Below are positions 56,780 through 64,000 of a stretch of DNA of 64,000 nucleotides, piece after piece (position 1 is the stretch's first letter; each line of letters begins with the position of its first letter). Location: NCBI GenBank assembly GCA_963802795.1, contig CAWDJV010000003.1, positions 128,938 through 192,937 of the forward strand, written 5' to 3'. The translations under genes were made by a program, and so were the position numbers. The notes below the pieces were generated by a model. That model saw nothing but the letters and a program-made list of their open reading frames with translations, was not told the DNA's origin and did not search any database. The DNA is from an uncultured Actinomycetes bacterium (GTDB lineage: Bacteria > Actinomycetota > Thermoleophilia > Gaiellales > Gaiellaceae).

Positions 56780-57403
56780 GGGCGGCGGGTATCGAGCAGA
56801 CCGCGGTCACGAGCCCAGTTGCGCGCGCGCCCGGCGATCCGCGCGAAGTCGGCGTCCCAGGCCTTCACCCGCTCCGGATGGAACGGCCCGAGCTTGCCCT
56901 GCGGCCACGAACCGAGATAGCTGTAGTGGTGGATGATGACGGTCTCTGGAAGGGGCGGGATCAGCCGCTTCGTGACAAGGTGATCGAGTGGAGCGGGGTT
57001 TCTTCCCCCGAGGATGACGACGAGTTCGGAGAGCCGTTTCGAGTCAAAGCGCAGCACGGGCGCCCAGCTTCGGCAACGGCAAACTGGACTTCATCCGCGG
57101 TCGTCTTCCAGTCCTTCACTCGGTACGACGACTTGATCACGTCGGTGATATAGCAGCGCCATCCTCCCGGCCTGAACGCGGCCGCCGGACTTGAAGCCGT
57201 GCTTTGCGAGCATTTCGCGGAAGAGCTTGTCGCCGGGGCTCGATGGTCCACTGCGTCTCGTTGTCTGTAGGTTGTTCGAAGCTGTCTCGAGGCGGCTGAG
57301 GCTCGGCGACTCGGCGATAAACCAAACAGGGCGCGAATGGGTCACCGAGGTAGCCGGTCATCCCACGGGTGTTCGTCCCGTCGATCCGGGAGGCGAGGCT
57401 CAT
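56780..57403 (-). pseudogene. Uracil-DNA-glycosylase-superfamily-like protein with atypical motifs (frame changes; 3' limit approximate)
   Basis: ATG 57403. Blocks: VWFIAESPSLS (position of UDG motif A GEAPG); GDKLFREMLAKHGF; CYITDVIKSSYRVKDW; VIIHHYSYLGSWPQG (position of motif B HPS...). Assignment is by pattern only. Confidence 0.4.
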
Positions 57404-57478
57404 CTCGATATGCGGCGTCGGCGCGTCGTTCGAGCTCCGCGAAAAAGGACGCGTGGTCGGCGGTGACTGGGCGCTGCA

Positions 57479-58834
57479 TCAGACCTTGACGGTCTCGAGG
57501 TGCTCGAGCAGGCGCGCGTGCGCCTCCCACCCGTCGAACTCGACCTGGCGCGTCACGCCCAGTTCGTAGTCGGAGGGCGGCGCGTGATCCTCGAGCAGCT
57601 GCCCGGCGCCGGCGCGGCCGACGACGACGCACGCGTGACGGTGTCGCGTGGTGAGCACGGCGGCGCGACCGGCGTCGAGGTGGAAGGCCGTCGCGTCACG
57701 ACGACCGGCGAGCGGATGCCAGACGAGAACGACGTCGAACTCGCGACCCTGCAGGCGGTTCGCGGTGTCGACGACGACCTCGCCCAGGTCACGGCGCTGC
57801 AACTCGACCGAAACGGCCGCGCGCTGGTTGCGATGGCTGACGCCGACGGCGACGCGAGAGTGGATGAAGGCGCGACGGTCTTGCCCGCGTTCTTCTCGTC
57901 GCGCACCGTTGGCTTCGAGTCGAAGAGACCCTGCACCAGGTCGCCGAGCGCGACGACGATCTCGCGGTCAGGCTGGATGACGAGCCGGTGCGGAAGCTCG
58001 AGGTACGCCCAGCCATCGGCGGCTGCAGCGCGCCAGACCTCGGCCGCAGGGCCACCGCGAAGGGAACGGACGCGCAGCGCGAGCTCGCGATCGCCGTCCT
58101 CGCTACCAGGGCCGAAGTCGAGATCGGGATAGAAGACCTCGCGGATCACGCCAGCGGCGCTGACCGGCAGTCGTCGCGTCACGGGGAGCGCGCGAACCGG
58201 AACGTCGTCGCCGCGGTACGCGAGCAGGGCGTCGACGGCGTTCAGCACGGGGTTGACCGCAAGGCCGCGCCAGCGCGCATCGTCGACGGTGGAGAACGGG
58301 TCGAGCTGGCCAGGATCGCCGAGGAAGTCGAGCGCCGGGAAGAGATCGGCGATGCGCAGGAGCTTCGCCGACTGCATCTGATAGCCCTCGTCGACGACCC
58401 CGGCGTCGAACCGCCCGTCTGGAATGTGGGCAGCGCTGAACGCCCACTTGTCGGCGGTGGCGACGATGACCTTCGCCGAGCCGAGGTTCTTCGCGTCGAC
58501 GATCGTGACGTTCGGCAGATGCTTGTCGGGCGGCAGCACGACGCGCGCTCGCGCGGAAGGAAGGAGATCTCGCGCTTCGGCGCGATCGCCGCGATCCGAC
58601 CGACGAGGTCGAACGCCTGCTCGTTCGTCTGGGCGATCACTCCGACGTGCGCGTCGTCGTCGGCGAGCGCATCGACGAGCCGCGTCACCGCGCCGGTCTT
58701 GCCGGCACCGGCCGGCGCCTTCGTGAGGCGCGCGCGCTCGCCGCCGCGCCTTCGCCGCCTCGATCAGGTCGTCGACGACGGCATCGGCGGCCGCGAGAGC
58801 CTCGGCGCCCGAAAGGACCGTCGAGACTGCTCAT
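57479..58834 (-). pseudogene. SF1 (RecD/Upf1-like) helicase, at least four frame changes
   Basis: The ATG at 58834 overlaps the upstream stop (ATGA). Walker A APAGAGKTGAV; motif II VVDEGYQM; motif III LGDPGQL; C-terminal VDTANRLQGREFDVVLV...LTTRHRHACVVVG. Confidence 0.7.
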
Positions 58835-60427
58835 ACCGCCGTCGTCTCCATCGCCGCCGCCTGAGTGACGTCGACGAGCGTGTCGAGCGCGGGCCCGTCG
58901 TCGAGCTCGGCGCTGTCGTCGGCGCGGCTCCTCGCCGACGGCGTGTGCGTCCAGGGCGTCGCCCGCGGTAGCGGCGCGCTCAGCGACCAGCCGATCCGGA
59001 GGCGTGGAAGATGCTGAAGCAGGCGCGGTCGCCGTGACTCGGGGAGCTCGCCGCGCATTCCCTCGACGACCTTCAGGACGACCGTTGCGCCGCCCGGACG
59101 CCGAGGGCACCGCCGACTCGACGAGCACGCGCAGCTTCTGCCGATCCGTCCACCACAGCTCCGTGCCGATCGGGAAACGGGCACGGGTCCGCGATGGCGA
59201 GCGTGATCAGCGGCCGCGCAGTCATCGACTTCCCGGACGGGCCGAGCTCGCGGTTGTCGGTGTCGACGTTGATGACGTCGCCGACGATCGCCTGGCCCTC
59301 GACTGATCGCTGCGAGCAGCGCGTACTCGTCCTCGAGCACCTGCGCGGCCTCGTAGCGTGCCTGTGCCGCCTCCCAGTCGTCGAGCACGAGCGCCGCCCG
59401 GCGCGCGGAGTCGATCGGACGCTCGACGTCCGCCTCTCGCGATGTAGTCGGCGTGCCGAGTGAAGTCGCGCAAGATCGTCGTCCCAGCGCGTCGCCACCG
59501 ACGGCGCCTCCGGCAGTTCGGCGAGGATGTCGCGGGCGATCCAGAGCGCTTCCCAGGTCGGCATCGAGACACGGACGCAGCAGCTCGCGCATCTCTCCGC
59601 CGAGCTTCTCGACGACGCGCGGGATCGACCGAGCCGGCACGCTTGGCGTTGAACCGCGCGACCGCCTCGATCAGCGGGCCGTTGTCGACCTGCGGATCGG
59701 TGAGGACGCTCATCGGGCACGCCCTCGATCAGCGCTGCCGCCTCGGCGCCGTGCATCGAGTCGAGGTCGACGCCGTTGCACGCGCTCGGAGCGATCTCGG
59801 CGAGGTAGGCCGGGGTCGAACCATGCGAGCTGTGCGCCGAGGTGAGCATCCTCGAAGCTCGACTGGCCGGTCACGAAGTGGTTTGCGAGTTCGCGGGTCG
59901 CGACCACCGTGAGGGCGGAGCCGGCCGACGCGCCTGCTCGGCGTAGAAGCCGAGATGCGCACCCGCGACGTTCACCTCAGGCGGCACTTCGATGTGGCCG
60001 CCGTAGCCGGCCGGACGCATCCGCCGACCGAGCCGGTCGAGCAAGCGCGACCACCGCTTCGTTCGCGACGAGCAGCTGGGGAGCCCTGCGGACGCGCGTG
60101 TAGTGCTTGCCCGTTCTTCGTCTGGAAGTGGTCGCGCGGCGCACCGGCAGCGGCATCGACGGCGTCGCAGACGATCTTCGCCAGCTTGCGCCATCGCGCC
60201 GAACGCGATGCCCGGCGTGCGGGGCTCGGGCGCGACGATCAGCGTCGGCTTCGCCGCGCGAGGTGCCGACGAGCGCGCCCCAGACCGCGTGCGACTCGAT
60301 CGACATCTGCATCGCGGCGATCGCAATCGGCTTCGGCTCGAGATGCACGTGGCGGAGCACCCGCCTGCGCTGAGCGCGACCCGACTCGGCGGCGTGTCGC
60401 GGCGATCAGCAGATCGACCGCGTTCAT
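58831..60427 (-). pseudogene. Unknown ~530-aa protein (middle gene of the nuclease-X-helicase trio), many frame changes
   Basis: ATG 60427 directly follows the upstream TAG. Protein-like blocks in three frames: HVHLEPKPIAIAAMQMSIESHAVWGALVG; KPTLIVAPEPRTPGIAFGAMAQ; LLDRLGRRMRPAGYGGHIEVPPEVNVAGAHLGFYAEQ; TRELANHFVTGQSSFEDAHLGAQLAWFDP; MPTWEALWIARDILAELPEAP; IDSARRAALVLDDWEAAQARYEAAQVLEDEYALL; SVEGQAIVGDVINVDTDNRELGPSGKSM. No family recognised. Confidence 0.5.
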
Positions 60428-61608
60428 CTAGGCGCAGCCTCCTTCGGCGCGCAGCCTCGGCGGATCCGTCGGCAGCGCGGCCTCGATCGAGCAGCCGAGC
60501 GGCGCGCAGCAGGTGGTCGGCGATGTCCTCCTCGGCACTGTCGGGCGGCGCGCCGTTGGCGAGCTCGAGCGCGCGCCCGATGCTGCGGACAGAGCCGAGA
60601 TCGAGGCCGGCGCACGCCGGGTTGCCGGAGACGCGGGCGGTCTCGCGGCAGTGGAGCGCGAGCGGGCAGTATGCTGAGGCAGGACGGCTCGTAGTGCGTG
60701 CCGAGCGTGTCGAGTACCTCGGCGATGTGCCCGGCGGCGTCCTCGTCGTTCATGCCGGTGGTGTCGAGGGTCACGCCGGGCGGCAGAGCCGCGAGGATCG
60801 TCGGGATGGTCGCGCGGCGGGCGAGCATGCGGCGCAGCGTGCGCACCTGCCGCGAGACGTCGATCTTCTCGACGGTCGGGACGAGCGAGGTGTTCTTCGC
60901 ACAGACGAGCAGCACCTCGGTCGAGACGACGCTCGGGTCGAGCCCCTCGGCCTCGAGCAGGTCGACCAGCGCGGCGACATAGACCGCGGTCTGCCACGCC
61001 GCCCCGCCGACCTTCTCCGGGTCGGCGCGACCGTCGACGACCGGGAAGCTCTTGATCTCGACTACGCGGATCTGGTCGCCGATCCGCCAGGCGATGCCGT
61101 CGGCCTCGAGACGCGCGATCGCGCCGCCGAAGTCCCACTGAAGTGCGCCGCCGTCGATCAGGTTGTACGCGTCCGTCCTCGCCCTGGGCCATGGCGATGA
61201 TCGCGTTCTTCGTCTCGGCGGCGCGCTTCGCGAGGGCGATCGACGGATCGCGCGGGTTGATCGGATAGAGCTCACGCAGCGGCAGGACGCGCACCGCCTC
61301 GACGGGATAGCCGACCTCGCGCAGCAGGCGGATCAGCTCGGCGTAGTTGTCGTCCTTGACGAGGCGCTCGAAGCGATTCCCGCGCTGCAGAGCGAACTTC
61401 GACTGCTCCTCGGGCACCGGGCGGCCGAGCCGCGCTGCGAGCGCGGCCTTGTCGACACCGGCGGCGTCGAGCACGCGGCGTGCGTTGCACGCCGGGTTGG
61501 TAGCGAATCGCTGCAAGCGTGCGCGCGTTCGGGAGCTTCATCCGGGAGTGGGCCGCGAAGAGCAGCGAGACCGGCCGTGACCGGATCAGGCCCGCCCTTG
61601 CGCACCAC
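60428..61608 (-). pseudogene. Cas4/RecB-like PD-(D/E)xK nuclease with Cys cluster (frame changes; start approximate)
   Basis: GAGGAGG, 7 nt, then GTG near 61608-61611. Blocks: FATNPACNARRVL; FALQRGNRFERLV; LEADGIAWRIGDQIRVVEIKSFP (D...ExK); AAWQTAVYVAAL (QxxxY); C-terminal EPSCLS..CPLALHC. One N-terminal plus three C-terminal Cys is the Cas4/AddB Fe-S pattern. Confidence 0.55.
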
Positions 61609-61910
61609 TACGCGTCCTCCTCAATACCCTTGAAGACCTTCAACGCAACCTTCACGAAGAACCCTCTTCTCCCGTTGTTTCCTCGGCCTGCTCGGCGACC
61701 CAGGCTCAAGATCTGAATGACAGACGACCGACCGAGGGTCATCCTCTCACTCTCTCTTCGGCTAGCCGGCGTGCATGCTTTAGGCCTGCTGAGACCACAC
61801 CTCAGTGGGTTCGGCGCAGGGGGATGTGTCTTGGGGTTCTCGAGGGGCTTCGCGTTGAGGGCGCAGACGTCGGGCTGGTCTGAGAGCGCCCCAACCCTTC
61901 GTCGGTCGGC

Positions 61911-62153
61911 CTAGCGGGGCGACCCGACAGGCTCGAGCCCGTGCTCTCGGACGACGTGCTCGGGCACGACGAACGGGTACGCCCAGCCTTGGGCGTTCTG
62001 ATGCCGGGGCGTCGGCTTTGCGAGACGCTCCTTCCAGAGCTCGACGATGCTCGCCGCCCACAGCGTGCCAGCGAGGCCGTGCTCGTCCAGGTAGGCGCGA
62101 ACGTCGGCGGCGGTCGGGCGGCCTCTTGGGTGGCACAGTGAGCCGAAGTGCGT
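61911..62153 (-). CDS. Open frame with strong G/C third-position bias but no canonical start (possible small-gene remnant)
   Basis: RPTAADVRAYLDEHGLAGTLWAASIVELWKERLAKPTPRHQNAQGWAYPFVVPEHVVREHGLEPVGSPR-stop. The nearest GTG (62136) is in another frame. Confidence 0.25.
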   Translation of the reverse strand, partial: THFGSLCHPRGRPTAADVRAYLDEHGLAGTLWAASIVELWKERLAKPTPRHQNAQGWAYPFVVPEHVVREHGLEPVGSPR

Positions 62154-62820
62154 TCAGTTGCGGGTATCGAGAGCTACTGGTCGCACTCCGCGGAGGCGTC
62201 GAGGAACACAGCACGGGCCTGACCTTCTTGCGCACATATTGGTACGACGGCGCGCGGGACGGGATCCCGACGACTGATCACAGACTCATCGCAGGCCTTC
62301 CGTACGTCAAAGTCAGACTCGGGCGACTAACGAAGCGCGGACAGCAAAGGGTGTCGATGGACTCATCTACCGCGATCTAACCGCTTTCGCGCGCGTCGGC
62401 GCTCGAGCGCGCGTACCTGTTCACCGGCGACGGGGACCTTCGCGAGAAGCGTCGTGACGGCCCAGGACCTTGGGCGTTCAGGTCGTCCTCATGAGCCTGC
62501 CCCAACCCGTCAGACGGGCCGGTGAGCCGCCCGTGGTCGCGAGGTCGACGAGGTCATCGTGCTCGAGCGCCGTTTTGGGAGGCCTCACTGCTCGAGGCGG
62601 AGGCCGTCGGCACTTGATCGGAGCATCGGTGCCGCCCGAGAGCGCAGCCCTGGAGGCCTGTGCACAGGCATTCGGGGCAGGTAGGGCGGCCGACGCCACG
62701 ACGGACGAGGTCCTTGAGCTGCTGAACAAGGAACCCGAGGTGCCGAAAGACATCTACGTCCAGCTCGTTCTAGCCGCGGAGACGTCGGTCGGCTTTTTGC
62801 GGTCCGCATCCCGCTGCTAA
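62150..62820 (+). pseudogene. NYN/LabA-like domain protein fragment (frame changes, N-terminus not found)
   Basis: LTFLRTYWYDGARDG...LPYVKVRLGRLTKRGQQ, then in other frames KGVDGLIYRDL...AYLFTGDGDL...AQDLGVQVVLMS, and a C-terminal tail ending at 62820. Confidence 0.45.
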
Positions 62821-63161
62821 AGGCGAATTGCGGAGCGCGTTCTGGACCGCGCTCAAGCGCGAGACCGAGGACCAAGCGGGTCGGCGGCGTCGAATTGTCT
62901 TCCGAGGAAGGCTCGGAAGGCGAATGAAAGCGTCATGGAGCGTGCGCCTCAGGGATTCGCGCAAGATTGGCACGCCACGAGCGTTACCGACCACCATCCA
63001 CTATAGCCATGGGGCGTGACGCCGCCCTCTCTCGGCGGTAGCACGGGTTCGAGTCCGAATGCCCACTCTGGACGTCCGGAGATGGACGTCGCTCATACGT
63101 TTGCTGCCCTTGCGCTGCCCGCTGGGCGAGGGATCTCAGCTATCGGTGTCTCGAAGCTGGC

Positions 63162-63191
63162 CAAATGCAGCGCTTTCGGCGAAAGCGGACG
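63162..63191. repeat. Right direct repeat (att-like) overlapping the tRNA-Gly 3' end
   Basis: Identical to 45822-45851 except for 1 nt. Positions 63184-63191 are the discriminator plus the 3' acceptor strand of the tRNA. Confidence 0.7.
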
Positions 63192-63256
63192 ACGGGGCTC
63201 GAACCCGCGACCCTTGGCTTGGGAAGCCAATGCTCTACCAGCTGAGCTACGTCCGC
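63184..63256 (-). tRNA. tRNA-Gly (anticodon CCC)
   Basis: The reverse complement folds as a cloverleaf: GCGGACG-TA-GCTC-AGCTGGTA-GAGC-A-TTGGC-TTCCCAA-GCCAA-GGGTC-GCGGG-TTCGAGC-CCCGT-CGTCCGC-T. 73 nt, with CCA not encoded. Confidence 0.9.
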
Positions 63257-63399
63257 CTGGCGCGCCAACGATACCACCGCCCGGCGTCCACCCTGGCAGC
63301 GCAAAGGGCGGCTGCCACAAAGCCGCGCTCGCCTCAGGGTCCTAGTGCCTCGCGCCCGGCGATGGAATACTTCTCTGGGAAATCCGGAGAGGAGTTGGG

Positions 63400-64000
63400 A
63401 TGGGAGAGGAAACGCTGGAAGCGACTGCGCGCGCGCTCGTCGCGCCGGGGAAAGGCATCCTCGCGGCCGACGAGAGCACCGGGACGATCGAGAAGCGGCT
63501 GAGGTCGATCGAGGTCGAGTCCACCGAGGAGAACCGCCGCGCGTACAGGGAGATGCTCTTCACGACCCAGGGCCTGGGCGACCACATCTCGGGCGTGATC
63601 CTCTTCGACGAGACCATCCGGCAGTCGACCGCGGACGGGACCCCGTTCACGAAGGTGCTCCAGGACGCCGGCGTCATCCCCGGCATCAAGGTCGACACCG
63701 GGGCCAAGCCGCTCGCGGGCGCGGAGGGAGAGACGGTGACCGAGGGCCTCGACGGCCTGCGCGACCGGCTCGCCGAATACCGCGAGCTGGGCGCGAGGTT
63801 CACGAAGTGGCGCGCCGTCATCTCGATCGACGACGAGAAGATCCCGAGCGCGTACTCCATCCACGTGAACGCTCACGCCCTCGCCCGCTTCGCCGCGCTC
63901 TCGCAGGAGGCCGGGCTCGTGCCGATCGTCGAGCCCGAGGTGCTCATGGACGGCGGGCACACGATCGAGCGCTGCTACGAGGTGACCGAGGCGACACTCG
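63400..64000 (+). CDS. Class I fructose-bisphosphate aldolase (3' end outside window)
   Basis: GGAGAGGAG RBS and ATG 63400. MGEETLEATARALVAPGKGILAADESTGTIEKRL...GVILFDETIRQ...IPGIKVDTG...RFTKWRAV...LVPIVEPEVLMDG. Absent from the ORF track because there is no stop inside the window. Confidence 0.88.
   Translation, partial: MGEETLEATARALVAPGKGILAADESTGTIEKRLRSIEVESTEENRRAYREMLFTTQGLGDHISGVILFDETIRQSTADGTPFTKVLQDAGVIPGIKVDTGAKPLAGAEGETVTEGLDGLRDRLAEYRELGARFTKWRAVISIDDEKIPSAYSIHVNAHALARFAALSQEAGLVPIVEPEVLMDGGHTIERCYEVTEATL

Larger units (their letters stand above)
45822..63191. mobile_element. Putative ~17.3-kb tRNA-Gly-associated genomic island (degenerate; recombinase only as a remnant)
   Basis: Bounded by direct repeats at 45822-45851 and 63162-63191 (30 nt, 1 mismatch). 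The right copy includes the last 8 nt of tRNA-Gly. Cargo is accessory/defence-type with a tyrosine-recombinase fragment. AT-richer patches occur at both ends. Confidence 0.55.

Overview
Very GC-rich bacterial chromosomal window. Gene content looks Actinomycetota-like (fused PafBC, PPOX/F420-type protein, a leaderless-looking promoter), but taxonomy is inference only. Positions 1-45.8 kb are mainly housekeeping genes on both strands: two tandem, heavily frame-disrupted LVIVD/beta-propeller paralogs; an orphan OmpR-type regulator; a UbiB-like kinase; the conserved queA-tgt-yajC-secDF block (secDF fused, one frame break); a sensor kinase/response regulator pair; a 3-hydroxyacyl-CoA dehydrogenase and an aldehyde dehydrogenase; zinc-ribbon/SPOR envelope proteins; dapB; dinB divergent from a fused pafBC; queG; a quinone oxidoreductase; a DUF59 Fe-S factor; a translationally coupled operon (metallophosphoesterase, cyclic 2,3-diphosphoglycerate synthetase, 2-phosphoglycerate kinase, glpX); hpt; an M23 peptidase; ccmE (CxxxY variant) and ccmF; bolA-grx; an M28 peptidase; a membrane-anchored Vps62/DUF946-like protein; an arsR-SRPBCC pair; and a frame-disrupted LuxR-type regulator and FAD monooxygenase. 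Positions 45.8-63.2 kb behave as a ~17.3-kb genomic island bounded by a 30-nt direct repeat (1 mismatch). The right repeat copy overlaps the 3' end of a tRNA-Gly(CCC) gene. The island carries a secreted protein and a giant DUF2339 membrane protein with a coupled repeat protein, both intact. It then carries a ~10-kb co-directional minus-strand array in which every gene is broken by several frame changes: a Cas4/RecB-like nuclease, an unknown protein and an SF1 helicase (candidate uncharacterised defence module), a UDG-superfamily-like protein, a tyrosine-recombinase remnant, a Dcm-type m5C methyltransferase, a McrB-like GTPase, a McrC-like protein and Vsr, plus an NYN-domain fragment. The window ends in the 5' part of a class I fructose-bisphosphate aldolase. 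I saw one tRNA, no rRNA and no CRISPR array. Frame-break positions and alternative start codons were worked out by eye and are approximate.
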